The notes under the pieces: model-generated
The model's input: the letters and a program-made list of their open reading frames with translations, nothing else
What the model was told of the DNA's origin: nothing
The model's database searches: none
Translations under genes and position numbers: made by a program
Assembly: GCF_018977255.1 (NCBI RefSeq)
Contig: NW_024704743.1
Location: 86,740,001-86,804,000 of the forward strand
DNA from: Callorhinchus milii
Lineage: Eukaryota
Direction: 5' to 3'
Length of the DNA stretch: 64,000 nucleotides
Shown: positions 22,451 through 35,475 of the stretch, piece after piece
Numbering within the stretch: the first letter of the stretch is position 1
Layout: each line of letters begins with the position of its first letter

Positions 22451-24604
22451 AATGTTCTGCTTGCTTTGCTTCTTATGAGGGGCTTGGAAAGAGAGATCAT
22501 AACCCTGAATCTGAAAACTGACATAAACCTAAACAAAAATCTTCCTTTAGAGTGGTATCGGAGAGAACAGTGGCTTCTGAGGCTAAAATCTCAATAGCCC
22601 TTAAAGAAGAATATTTTAACTTGATTTTTGATACATGAGAATTGATGCAGGGAGTGTGTGTTTTAAACAATAATCCGCAGTGCAGTGTACTGAAAGAAAA
22701 GGCTGCATTTCAGCAGCTATTTTAAAATGAATATTGCACCCTTAATACGTAGTTAGAAAATAGCCAGTGAGAAAATAAAAAGATTTTGCAGCATTCTGGG
22801 AAATCTCTGATGTCTTCTGTTAATGAGAAACAACATCCCTGACTTGCTAACCAATCCAGACTTCACTGATATAGACTTGGGCTGTTTAGTAATGATGAAT
22901 TTGAATGTTCACATGTGGAATGTTATCAGCCTGTGCACAATCCAACCAATAGTTAGCCCTGATGGGGGTAGCTGGATTCCTCATTAACAGAACATATTTA
23001 ATCCAGAAGTTCCTTATCAAATGTCACACCTGCATCTCTAAATGGCATTTTCACGTTCAGTTGCATGTATTCCTGAGATGAGGCTCCAAGGTGCTTTACT
23101 GAGATTAAGAGCGAGAGTGTGCTAGCTTATTTTATCATTTAGCAAGTCTGGAAAGAATCCAAGGAGTTTTTTTTGTTTTGTTGTTGTAATTAAAAAGCCT
23201 TTTAGGCAACATTGTAAGCATGGAAATATGAATATGCAGCGATGCATTGAGCCCGCACAGAGCACCTCAATGCTACCTCAATGTATCTGTGTGACCCCTT
23301 TTCTGCACCGCGTATTCACCCCACCTTCCCTGACCATCCATTCACTGAAAATCATAAACCACTGGAGCAAAAATAAGCTCATTGAAATGATTATACAGGA
23401 AGTGAGGATTGTGATAGCTGAGAATAAATAGAATTCATCACACATTTTTTGTATCTAAAGAGGCAGAAGTTTTTGCTTCTAATGAATGCATTAAATTTGT
23501 TCCAAATAAATATTGTGGTGGTTGTTCTTGTGATAAATGTATTTAATAAATGTTTAAGTGATTTTCTAACAACATCAGAAACAGTTATAATGTATGAGAC
23601 CCATGGGAGAGGAGGCATTAAAGAGGATTAATGGTATCATGCAGAGAAATATGCTAAAGTTGCACAAAATATCCAGAATATGTCTTTTTGAAAATTCTTA
23701 CAGCATTTCACTCAATTCCGAGCTAGCATCATGTGTTGGTTGATTACAGCGCTCCCTAACACTCAAACCTATTTATGACAGGCCGATAGGGTGGAGTTGG
23801 AATTCACCTTGCGAGCTAGCAGTGTCACAGCCATAACTCTTCCCAACAGAAATACCCCTTTAGTTGGTGGCTTGGAAGACTTGGTGGCCTGTATTACTTC
23901 ATTCGCTCTCACTATAATAATAATAATAATCTTCACATTTGATAAAGGGGCTTTTGCTTTGGGGGGAAAAGATATTTTGCAGGATATACTGTAAAGTGGA
24001 GTGACTGAGGGGAGATTCTCAAGCACCATCTGTAGGCTGGTTACAAGGCTGGGGTCTCAGACCGGACCATCGTTCCAGGCAGGAAGATGAATAATATTCT
24101 GTGAAAATACAACAAGGCTTTAAAATTTACTTACTTATTTCAACAGCCCCATAAAATTCCTCAAGTCTCCATTAAGATAAGCTGTCATCGAGACAAGAGT
24201 GCCAAACATCCAGCACAACTAGATGAGGAATTTATGGCTTGCAAAGCAGAAACTGCTTATGGCGATGCCCCTTTAAAATGTTATTTGCATATTATTGCAG
24301 CAATGTATTTATGAAGAATCCTATTTCTAAATCATGGACACAGAGATCACTGCTTGGTTCATTTTGAATTCATGAAATTGACCTGAAAGTGACAAGCAGA
24401 TCATTGGGAAGGATTGCCACAGTTAGCTGAAGGAAATTTGCATGTTTTAATAAACAAGAGAAATTTACATTTAGGGAAAAGCAACCCCTAAATTGCTGGT
24501 CATCTATTTATTCAGCTGTATGCATTGCTGTATCACTGATCTATTAACACCTTCATTTACCTGGTACATTCACTCTTTGCAAATTTGGATAAGCTGCAAA
24601 TAGG

Positions 24605-24967
24605 AAGGGCCTGAAATGTCACCTACTCTTAGCATTTAAATCATCTCCACCCCAGAATCCCATTGCCTCATTATCCCATCGCCCCATCTCTAAAACCCAC
24701 ATAAAATCTATCTCTTTGGTACTATTTTCTACTTCATCCACTTCTGCTCCCACTCCATATCATTGTAAAGTGTTGTATTTTAAAATTTAACATTAAGCAA
24801 AATTATGGAAATTCTTCAACTCATTCTTAATTTACAAGCCTGTTTTCCACAGCTTTTTATAAATAACCAGCTTCCAAATTAAGCTAGCGTTTAAGAATGT
24901 TCTACAATTTTCTGCACAACCTTGATTTTTAAGGCAAATTGGTCTTACAGTGGAATTTCAGGCCCTT
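24605..24967. mobile_element. MITE with 18-bp TIR (PIF/Harbinger-like GGGCCTGAAAT ends)
   Basis: AAGGGCCTGAAATGTCAC vs reverse complement of 24950-24967 AAGGGCCTGAAATTCCAC, 16/18 matches; no intact TSD. Confidence 0.65.
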
Positions 24968-25873
24968 GTCCGTGAAGCTCTTGTGCACATCAGTGTCAAC
25001 TCCTGCACACTGTAGATGGAGTAAAAGTTAACAATTTACACAGCTGGTACTTTGTGGCTTGTGCATCAGTCCATATGTACAGGGTCAGATGTGATTCACT
25101 TCGGACTAGGACTCCGACTGCTATCTCCGTTATTAATAATAGTAATAATACTCCTTGCATTTAATACAGCATCTTATCACGTCATTGAGACATCTCAAAG
25201 CCCTTGACAGGATACATTGAAAAGTGGATTGATTGTATTTTGCGGGCAAAATTTGCACATATACTTCACATTGGGTGAGCTATACCCCAAACACAGCAAA
25301 GGAAACATTGCCTGAGAGCATGGCAAACTCTTCAGGCTGGAAATGGAACATCTAATTAGTTTATTCCTGCTGCTATGTTTTGGTAAAGGAGGATCCAACA
25401 ATCAGAAGGTAGATATAAATGGTCTTTGGAAGGTGCACACTATAAGTCTTTATAAACAGTGTATCACGAAAACATGTACAGTGCCAGTTTTAATGTGGTG
25501 TATGCTGTATCTGGAAAGGAATCCCTTATATTGCTGTTCAGTGTGACAGCATTGTGTTTGCTCACAGAGACCCAGGATCTATTGCTCTAAAAGAGACATA
25601 AATCAACCACTTCATGCTCAGAGAGATTGAACTCTATTCTGTAGTCAAGTAGTCTTTATACTATGAAACCTGTTTAGGGTAAGTTTCCCATTTCTCCATC
25701 CATGTGTAAGAAAACAATCCCCTGCTGCCGATTAGGCTACAAACAATCCTTCTGTTTAATGCACAGACTGCATGAACAGAGCACAAGTGAAATAAAACAA
25801 TCAACAAATACATCAAAAAGTTATTTTTTCTGCTCAAGAGATTCAAAATACAGCTTTTCCATACATTTCTTAC

Positions 25874-25890
25874 CTCCAGCCTTTGTAACT
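25874..25890 (-). other. Candidate 17-nt micro-exon
   Basis: cattttcattttgtag|AGTTACAAAGGCTGGAG|gtaaga; both splice sites are near consensus. Confidence 0.3.
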
Positions 25891-26204
25891 CTACAAAATG
25901 AAAATGACTCAAGGTGTCAAAATTGTGAACTGTGTTAACACACTGCACAAAATGTCACCCTATTGATCACTATAGATATTGAACTAATATCTAACTGTAT
26001 TACCAAAGCTGCCAAGGGAGCCTGTTGGGAGCCGGTCCATGTCATACCAAGGCAATTCAACAAATAAAATTACAGTAAGACTCCAATGCGTGCCATAAAT
26101 TTTCAATAAAATATTCATTAGCAGCTCACAATTTTTACCCCACAAATGCAAAACTGGGTCCAATTTGAATCCAACACTCCTAAGTGGAGTAATACACGGA
26201 TGTG

Positions 26205-26420
26205 CCAGCTTGTTTCAATTGATTGTACTCTTGTCTTAGATCAGAAGATAGTGTGTTCAAGCCCCATAGTCTAGCTAATAGTCTAAGATGACACTCAACT
26301 GCAATGCTGAGGGACTTGCATTGTTGGAGATACCATCCATTGGATGAGACATTAAAAACCAAAGCCCCAAATGTCAATTTGTGGATGTTAAAGATTTCAT
26401 GATACTATTGAAAAGAGAAG
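26205..26420 (+). mobile_element. Old Deu-SINE
   Basis: TCAGAAGATAGTGTGTTCAAGCCCC..GCATTGTTGGAGA..GGATGAGACATTAAA. Confidence 0.7.
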
Positions 26421-26919
26421 GGATCTAAATGTCTGAAAGACCTTCACAGTAATGCAGATTCTTTCTTCTTGCACTAGCTCACATTTGACCTTCTTGCCAT
26501 AACAGTGGCTTAGTCATGATTAAGATAATTTATACTCTAACAGGATTAATCAGTGTTTACTGTAATATGTATAAGATAATAGAGGGGAAATCCTCAGATT
26601 ATCGGGAAATGTATTGACCTAAGGTCCTACCATGATGGTCAGTAAATTGACTGATGATCAGAGCATTGCTCCTCTTATGCTTTAATGATGGTTACTCACC
26701 AAGCTTCTGAGAATCACATCAATACATGTGCAAAGCGTGAGCTGTGTATCGAAAATAGCTGAACCTCAACCAGGGTTTAAAATGTATGAGTTGCATCCTA
26801 GATTTGCAAAGGATTCTATCTTTGTAAATCTTGCCGGTGCGCTATTCTCTCTTCAGACATGTGGGTGGGCATCCCACAGAAACTCATTCCACACATGCAG
26901 AACCCTGCAAACCAAAGAA

Positions 26920-27225
26920 CAATGAGGTAGGGTGGTCCGAGCCAGACAAATAGCTTGCCAGACAGTGCTTGCAAAGGCAAACTATGAGGTTTTAGCTGGT
27001 TCAATTCCAGCAGTACCCCAACGCACACTCTGGGGTTCCCAATCCTTGCTCTTGCTAATTTGTAGCTAATATTTTGCAGCATTCGGTAAGCAGGATACAT
27101 TCCCCCATGGAAAGAATGCACATACCAGACATGGGAATTTCCACATGTAGGTAATGTGCATGGAACTCTGTCTGGTTTCTGCCTGTAGAATGGTGATAAG
27201 TTTCTGCATGTGTCAGACACCTTGA
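26920..27225 (-). repeat. Unclassified ~300-bp repeat, copy 2
   Basis: Reverse complement GGTGTCTGACACATGCAGAAAC...CTGCTGGAATTGAACCAGCTAAAACC...GCACTGTCTGGCAAGC. Confidence 0.8.
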
Positions 27226-27894
27226 CACCCCCCTCCCCCCAAAAAAAAACCTACACCTTTGGACTCATTATTTGCAAATTGTTTGTGGAGCCAGGTTGAG
27301 AACACTGTGTTTTAATATGTAACTTCCTTGAAACACACAGGCAGTTTGGGAAGGATACCTGTTCAGGCAACTGAGTAATTCTGATAACTGATCACGTATT
27401 AATTCCAAAGTTGTATTGTACTAAATGACATTAATTCAGCCCAGAAACCGATATTCAGTATAATTAAATGATTAAGCATGCAGGGCATGCTGTGGGGTGC
27501 AGTTGCTTCAGTTAGCCAGTCAATTTGGATAAGTACTGTACCATGCAGAAGAATGATAGTGCACTATAGAATAGTTGGAGGAAGAATTACGAGGATGAAA
27601 AATTTGATTTTTCTTAACAGATTATATATTACTGAATGCGTTATCAAATCTATTTTGCATTTTTCCATCCATTCCTAAAGACTGGCTGTGGGTGTGAGCC
27701 TTATTCCTCCACTCCAACATAGTTGCAATTGGTTGGCTTTGAGACGTTCTACCAACGTGAAAAGTGCTATATAAATGTAAATTGTATTGTACTATATGAA
27801 GCCAGTTCCAACATTTCTGTTCTGCCATCTTGATCTCCTGCTAGTGATAGTGATGCTTGTTCCCAGTATCAGCCCTGCAGTGCCATTTCACGGG

Positions 27895-28110
27895 CTACTG
27901 ATTGAGTTAAGCCAGTATCACATGAAGTGTCACTGAAAAAGCATAGTCCCTGATAAACAACAAGAGCTGACACTCCAGTGCAGTGGTGGGGAGCATTGTT
28001 GGAGGTGTCATAATTTGGTTGAAGCATTAAATCAAGATCAGATGACATTAGATTCTTTGGCATTATTCATTAAAGAAGGGAGTGCCTCCTGATCTCTGGC
28101 CAATAAACCT
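27895..28110 (+). mobile_element. Old Deu-SINE fragment
   Basis: GCTGACACTCCAGTGCAGTG..GCATTGTTGGAGGTGTC. Confidence 0.6.
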
Positions 28111-28419
28111 CCAGATAAAGCAGATAAAGTTTGCATTGACTTCATGGCTGATACCTTTTTGTGTAAATTTGCTCCAGAGTTCCCCTATAATTACATAAGA
28201 GACTGCATTTGACACTAGTGACTATCCTCCTTCGAGGAAGAAGTAAGCGGGATCTCTGTGGCGGTCTCAGTGGTCCTGTTCTTGAGCCAGGCAGGTCCAT
28301 AATAGTCCAGGGTACTGCTAATAACAGCACAGGCAGCCTGCCTCATCAGGAGGACTTGGTGGGGTAGACTGGGAGCATGAATTCTTTCCACTGTGCTTCT
28401 GTTATACTTGCGAGCCAAT

Positions 28420-28712
28420 ACCCTAATAGGTAGGGTTGTCCTAGCAGTGGGATGTTTGCTAGACAGTGCTCTCAGAGGTAAGCCATGTGGTTTTAGCTAG
28501 TTGAAACTCCAGCAGTGCCCCCAAAGTGTACCTACAATCTTTGAAATTATGAGGAGGTAAACATGGTGTGTCTCTGTGGGAGAGTGTGCACATTCCATTC
28601 CAGGCACAGGGAAATTTCCATGTGTAGGTGGCATACATATGTGGAACTATAAGTCTGGTTTGGATACTCTTAAGCATTTGTGATGGTCCCACGTGTATCA
28701 GACACCTGGCTG
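28420..28712 (-). repeat. Unclassified ~300-bp repeat, copy 3
   Basis: Reverse complement AGGTGTCTGATACACG...GCACTGCTGGAGTTTCAACTAGCTAAAACCACATGG...CCCTACCTATTAGGG. Confidence 0.8.
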
Positions 28713-28939
28713 ACCAGAAAAAAATACACTCAACAGCAATTATCTACAAAGTATTTATCTGTGAAGCACTTTGAGCTGCCTTGACCTTATAGCATTATAT
28801 CAAATGCAAGGATTATTATTTGACAATGGCAAAACTGAAATTCTGAAATCTTCAAGCTTGACCATATTTCACCCCCATACAACTACGGTACAACAGTTGA
28901 GTATGAACTTATCTCATTAGAGTTGATATTGCAGAACCC

Positions 28940-29325
28940 ATTGATTTCAAGATTCTCACACTCGTGTACAAATCACTTCATGCTCTGGCACCACCCTACT
29001 TCTCTGACCTGCATACATCCCACTCCATTACCGGCACCTTCGCTCAACTGGCTCCGGCCTCCTGCGTTTCCCTTGTCCCCTCTGCTCAACCATCGACGGC
29101 CATGCTTTCAGGCATTACACTCCAAAACTATGGAACTCTCTGCCTCAAACGCTCAACCACTTCCTTGTGCTTCTTCAGATCACATTTTTACTTCCTCTTC
29201 GACTGTGCCTATTGTCACCTTTCCCTCTCCCTGGCTTGTCATCATGCTCCGAGAGCAGTATTAAGCGCCCCAAGACATTATCCCACCGGAAAGGCAATAT
29301 ATAAAATCAAGTTACTGCTGATGTG
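28940..29325 (+). mobile_element. Older L2 3' fragment
   Basis: IDFKILTLVYKSLHALAPPYFSDL; terminal GCGCCCCAAGAC..GAAAGGC..ATAAAATCAAGTT. Confidence 0.8.
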
Positions 29326-29414
29326 AATTTGTCAATTTGGTGATTTAATGTCAATACAGTCAGATAGTGTGAAATAAAATCAGAAAATACCCCAGGTTCA
29401 GGTTACCCTGTGTG

Positions 29415-29620
29415 AGGTTGTTGCAATGGCAGAAACTCTCTTCCCTGTTTAAATAGTGCCAATGGAATCTTTAATCTGAGGTTAGACAGAACCTCGGTTT
29501 AAAGTCTCTTCTGAAGGATGGCACCTCTGACAATGCAGCACACCCCTCGTGTAGTGTCATGGGGCTTGAACCCACAACCTTCTGATTCAGAGGCGAAAGG
29601 TGCTACCAAACAAACCAAGC
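29415..29620 (-). mobile_element. Old Deu-SINE
   Basis: CCTCGGTTTAAAGTCTC..GAAGGATGGCACCTCTGACAATGCAGCA..GGGCTTGAACCCACAACCTTCTGA. Confidence 0.8.
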
Positions 29621-30199
29621 TTTAAGTTTCACAAAAATGCAAGTAAATACAATGCTGTTTTATCTCCTTCCATTCAAATATAAAAAAACATGAACAATAT
29701 CTCCTATGAGACAGGCTTTCAGGACACATGTTGTCTACCTATTAGGCAGTCTTAAATAAATGGGCTTCCTTTGCCTGTAGCTACTCTGGATTTACTGAAA
29801 GAAAAGACAAGAAATTGAAGGATGGTTGGGGCTGAGGCCAACAGACTTTTCCATAATCGATGCCATAGCCAGCAGAATCTGGATTTTATTTTCTCTTTAG
29901 AAAACTTGATGTAATCAGAAACCACTGCTAACCTTACTGTTGCCCATTGTCCTTTCATTATTTGTTCTCTTTCTTTCCAAATCAGAATATCTTGTCGGTT
30001 TAAAAAAAAATTAGGGTTGTAAACATTGCATTTGCTTATCGGACATTGCTGTACTAATTGTAACATTTGGGTTGCAATTGAAAATGCTGGATAAGCTATC
30101 TATTTCTTAAAATAAAGCAAGAGAAAAAAACTTCAATCTCAAAATCTGGCAAAGGCCATTTTGCAGCTGGCATTTTGCTTCTTGTTCTTTTTTGTTCGA

Positions 30200-30540
30200 C
30201 ATTTTGGACCTTTTATTAGGAGGCTCCGATCTCTTGCAGTCCCCTTTCCCAGCCCCTCCTCTGTTTTGCCAACTCAGGCCTATTTCATGTCACCAGCCCC
30301 CTCCACCCTAATATTAATGGGTGAATTTTTGATCAATTTTTCCCTCTGTCTGAAACTTTGTTAAATTCCTCTGCCTTGTTCCCTTCCTCTACACTTTCAA
30401 AACTCATCTGAATACCTATCCCTTTGACTGTTCCTTTGGTCACCTCCTCCTCACCCCTCTATCACCCGCCTGGTTCAGTCTGCCATCAGATCCCTGTTTT
30501 GTGCGTTGAAAGGACAACACAGGTGTGAATTGTTGAAAAC
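30200..30540 (+). mobile_element. Highly diverged L2 3' fragment
   Basis: TTCAAAACTCATCTGAATACCTATCCCTTTGAC and a degenerate tail. Confidence 0.55.
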
Positions 30541-32979
30541 CAGCTGAGAGCATATTGCTGGCGTAATAATTTCCAGTTTTTATAAACTGCATATTCAACG
30601 CTAACAAGAAATATATATTAATGGTATTAATTGCCGTACCTTTGCAGAAGACACAAGAAAAAACGTAAAGTTAAAACAAAGCATCAAGATTGACTTATCA
30701 ACCATCCAATTTCCTTTGACAAGACAGTCTGGCTGCAGTCTACTATCAGTATTCAATCAACACTTTTAAAGATTTTATGTTTCAATTCCATATCTTTCCC
30801 TTGTTTGTAAGGATATTTTTAGACGGGTTTAATTCTTATCGCTATTCTAAGCTCTGCCTCCAATTCCCGTGGTTGAGGCTGTTATGGCCTCTCGTCATCA
30901 TTGTGATTTCAGCCAGACATCTTCAATGGAAAGTGAGGATACGCTTCATCCTAGCAGATTTCAGTATTCAAATGAGGTGTATTGAATAATCTGTAATAGA
31001 GATAGGGTTGAAACATGAGGTATTGATCTTCTTAATAGTGGTTCTGCTTTTTCAGTGCAAACAGCATAACCCTCCAGATATAATGTCGCACCCCTTATCC
31101 CTTCCATTTAACATTAGCTGCCTATCACTTCAGAACTGTCACCACTGGAATGCAGTTCCCTAAAGCTCTCCTTACCTATCTGAATCTTAACAGGATCATT
31201 GCACATTTGGATGAATTCAGCTCCGAGGTCTCCATGCCCCTTTCTGTTTTGAAAGCGACCCTGTATGTTACAATTCGTCTCTGAACAGAACAAAATTACC
31301 AGGCTAGTTTCTACAGCAACCTCTTACAGGGATGACATGACTTCAATCTGAATTGCAATGCATTATCACTCCAGCACAGCTTACCATATGACCTCCAGTG
31401 GCTAGGTCAAAAATCAGCCATGTTAGCAATTCAGGTGTTTCCCTTGTATGCTCACAGCACATATTTCCTGATGGAAAGATACTTTCTGCATTTATGTCTA
31501 ATGCTACACCAGCCTGCATGTGTCTCAGCTATCTTTCATTAGGTAGCACTTTGTCAAGGGTCACGTTTCAAGGTTAGAAAGATCAAATAACTTTTGCAGT
31601 TAATCAGACACTGATTTCTCCGTAACAAACTGAAATGAGGAATCATTTTCAATTAAGTTAAATGGCAATGCGTTTTAGTGGAACAGGTCTCAATTTCTCA
31701 GCGATTATTTCCGCGTTCTCACAGGTTAAAGTCCGTCCATCGATTCTCCGTTACAAGCCTGAACTCCTGTGTTGCAAATATAATGCCTACATCACATATC
31801 AAAGCGGGCAATAACATTGCAATATTGGGGTCTAATTTACGGTGATTTATAACAAGAGTCAATAATATTTACTTCGAATCATGGATAGGCAATTTTGCTG
31901 GTAACTGGAGGTGCGGATGTCAAACTGCGGGAAGTGACATACTTCTGGTGACAGACAACATTCTCTGTTTGCAAATTTGAATTGATATCAATGACTCCCA
32001 TTAGAAATGGCCACAGATTAGAGCTGATTGTCTGGACTTTATTTTTATTAAATGCTTTCTGGGAATTTTGGAATTTCTGAAATTCTATTTTGTTTAAGTG
32101 TACGCCATTTTTTAAAAAATATCTTAGTGCAAATGATTTTCTATCAAGTATTTAAGGCAAAGTGCATGCTTATTAAAAATACGAGTGCATTCAATTTCCA
32201 CTCAGTGTTCATGCAATCTCCCTATAGTAACACCTTAGCGGGAATTAGTGGTTACCTATTTGCGTCATCTCCACAACTTCAATGGGTCTCTGGGGAAGAC
32301 TGCAGAGACAAGTGGTTGTCCCACTGTGCTGGCTGCACAATGAAAATATCAGCAACCAATTTCTGCGAGTTATATTTCTCGATGAACTCGATCCGGTCTT
32401 TTCAAAAAAACTTGAATAGACACGTTCCAATGCAATCTTTCAAACCCCGGTAAAACAATGGAGTTTGATTCCTGCAGAAGTGACCGCATTGATCTGACAA
32501 CGCCATAGCATACTTCTCATCCATTTTCCTTCTGGGGCATTTAGTTTTTGTCACTGTTACACCGGAAAAGGCTTTTGGAGTAATTACTTTAAATACAAAT
32601 CCCTTCTAAGTACGAATGAGAAATAAGCCAACTGTAACACTGCTTACAATGAAAAGCAGATTCTGGTGTATTTTATTCATTTTGTAGTAAAATACTCCAG
32701 AGTGACAGCGCTGCATAAACATTAATCAAAATAGTGACAGCGCTGAATGGTGCCAAAGCACAAATATGTTAATACTGATAAAGTAAATATTTGGTGATAT
32801 GGAGAGTTTACATCTTGAATGCAATCTTCAGGCAGCTATGTCAATGGAAAGGTCATCAGCAGCATTCAACAAATCAACCTCAATTCTGATTCTCCTTCAG
32901 AAAGTCCGTGCTTTGGAAGCAGTACAGGATCCAAGCAAAATTCATCCACTGTCAATTACAAATAAAGGATTGGCTTATT

Positions 32980-33245
32980 TGCGGGATCTTGCAGTGCGCA
33001 AATTGGCTGTCATGTTCACCTACAAATGCACAGTCACTACATTTAACAGGAATTATTGTAAAGCTACTTGAGACATTTTGATGTTTCAAGCATTTGATCA
33101 CATGCAAGGATTGTTATAACTGTAAATCAAAATAATAATTCTTGCATTTTGATATAACACTTTATCATATCGTCAAAACGTCTGAAAGCTGTTCACAGGA
33201 TTTACTGTAAAGTGTAGTGACTGTGTATTTTTGGTTGATGAACAT
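32980..33245. mobile_element. Two SINE 3' halves, tail to tail (plus 32980-33120, minus 33130-33245)
   Basis: GCAGTGCGCAAATTGGCTG..ATGCAAGGATTG followed by AATAATTCTTGCATTTTGATA..GTAGTGACTGTG. Confidence 0.75.
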
Positions 33246-33644
33246 AAGTGGGTAACAGAGATAGAGGGAAGATGAATTTGCATCTTTATATCTGTACAGC
33301 GTTACAACACTGATCTGCATGCAAAAAAACAGGGGGGAGGGGGAGTGAAATGATTCAAAATTGCATAGTTCTTTTTCAAACAATACCACAAAGGCAATGT
33401 TAAATCTGCTACAGCTCTTTCATTATCAGTATTTGTTGTATCTCAGGCATTCAGCAGTTAACTATTGTAGTTGACCTGAAGATTACAGAACAAGTCAGAG
33501 TGTGTCATAAAACCCAACACTGGGGAAGAGGAGGGATCATTTGAGGTTACATCAATAACGTGTAGGGCAATAGCTTACAAAAAGACAGTATCTACAATTA
33601 TTTTATTTTATCCTTGAAGTTATATTTCTTTAAAAACAGAAAAT

Positions 33645-33790
33645 CGCTGTATCTCACAAATTGACTGCCATGTTCACTTACAAATACACAGTCAACTCTA
33701 AAATCAGTAAATCCTGTGAAGCGCTTTGTGACGATTCAATGACATGATAAGACATTGTATCAAATGCAAGGATTAGTATTTTATTATTAG
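33645..33790 (+). mobile_element. SINE 3' half
   Basis: CCTGTGAAGCGCTTTG..ATCAAATGCAAGGATTAG. Confidence 0.8.
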
Positions 33791-34339
33791 ATACTACATG
33801 GAGAGTGAAGTAATTCAAAATGTCGTAGTTCCTTTTCAAATGACACCACATCAGGAAAGGTTAAATATTGTTTCTATTTTTCTGCAGGTTTGAAACACTG
33901 GGTTTCATGTTATAAGGCAAAACAACTGATGGGTCCTGGCACCTAAATGCAACGTGAAAAGATTGCTATGTAGAGTAGATTGGATTTGTGATGGTAACTT
34001 AAGGGCTTTTGCAGCACTTCAAAGCTTGGGGAATGATTTGTCGACCCTTCTCAGGTTTAGCAAACTTTTCTGCTTTGTTGTCTATAGACACAATAGAAAA
34101 TATCATTTTAAACCAACACAATTTCCACACTAGATTGCTTTGACGCCTTAAAACCACACTTTATCTAAAGTACACATTTGCCACAAGGATTATCGCACAT
34201 GGATTAATACTAAGCATTTGATTACATGTAAGGTTCAATGGGGAAAATGACAACCCAGAATGGATGATGATTTTTAAAAAAAAATCTCAGTGATGGTGAA
34301 AATGGTGAAGGAAAATATTGTTGGAGTGCCCAGTTAGGT

Positions 34340-34710
34340 GTCAGCCCGGCTCAGTCAGTAGAAATCTCAGCTCTGAATCAGAAGGTTGTGGGTTCAAGCT
34401 CTCTAGCAGGAACTTTGAACTCATATAGTCTAATACGGAGGGGAATAATGAATTGTTGGAGGTGCCGTCCTTCAATATTAAATGTGAGACATTAAACCAA
34501 GGCACCATCTGGCAGTTTAGGAAGGCCTTAAAAATCCCATGGCACTATTTGAAAAGAAACATGAGTTTCTCCCAGTATCCTGGCCAACAATCCCAAAATA
34601 AAATTGGTCTTTCACTTCATGACCATTTGTGGGACATTGCTGTGAACAAATTGGCTGCCATGTTCGCCTACAAAACACAGTCGCTGCACTTTACAGTGAA
34701 GATCCTGACA
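34340..34710 (+). mobile_element. Best-preserved Deu/Nin-domain SINE in the window
   Basis: tRNA-like head (GGCTCAGTCAG..GGTTCAAG), core TTGTTGGAGGTGCCGTCC..GAGACATTAAACC..ATCCCATGGCACTATTTG..TCCTGGCCAAC, then the shared 3' half. Confidence 0.85.
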
Positions 34711-34713
34711 ATG

Positions 34714-34983
34714 TTGAGTTGATGAAGAACTTCTTCACTCAAAGGGTGGTGAATGTATGGAACTCACTACCCCAAAGGGCTGTTGACGCTCAGTCCTTGA
34801 ACATATTCAAGACTGAGATAGATAGATTTCTTATTGCGAAAGGGATTAAGGGATATGGGGATAAGGCAGCGTCAGGTTATTAGCTGGAGTTAGATTAGAA
34901 GATCAGCCATGATTGAATGGTGGGGCAGGTTCGAAGGGCCAAGTGGCCTACTCCTATATGTTATGTTATGTTATGTTATGTTG
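34714..34983 (+). mobile_element. Relatively young CR1 3' end with (ATGTT)n tail
   Basis: NFFTQRVVNVWNSLPQRAVDAQSLNIFKTEIDRFL; GAAGGGCCAAGTGGCCTACTCCT; ATGTT x5. Confidence 0.92.
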
Positions 34984-35384
34984 CCCATGAACCTAATTGA
35001 ATAAATGGAAACTCCCTCTAGTTAGCAAAACAAATACAACAACATCTACTAGCATGAAGTCACAGCACAGGACAGTGAGAAAATAAGCAGGCAAACATCT
35101 CGGTGAGAAAATCCTAGACATAACTACAGTAGCTGAAGCTAAAGGACATATCAATTTATTCTCACCTGTTACAAGTGGGCTGTTAGTACAGAGAGGCTCT
35201 TACTGTGTACTGTAACTGTGGATCAGATATGAGTGACTAATGGGGCAAGATACAGACCAAAAGGACATGAGGTCGCAGATCAACAGGGCTGTACTGCAGC
35301 AAAACAAAAACATAAACTTTTATTTTAAAAAGAAAAAGACTTGCACTGAAAAAATACTCAGTACTCTGTAAAATGAATGGGAGT

Positions 35385-35475
35385 TTAAATCTCAAGCAAG
35401 ATAGAGTTAGCTGATCTCAGTTGAGTATGATATTTGACATGGGTTAGAGAGGGGGAGAAATCAGCCATTGTTGTT
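35385..35475 (+). mobile_element. AmnSINE2-like fragment
   Basis: GAGTTAGCTGATCTCAG..GGGTTAGAGAGGGGGAGAAATCAGCCA. Confidence 0.55.

Noticed and set aside
28330..28360. Hammerhead-like CTGATGA followed by a hairpin on the minus strand
   Set aside because: No GAAA after stem II, so the catalytic core is incomplete.
30630..30690. Recursive-splice-like AG|GT sites (30638 minus; 5371, 21451 and 33887 plus)
   Set aside because: Found on both strands with weak donor parts, consistent with chance.
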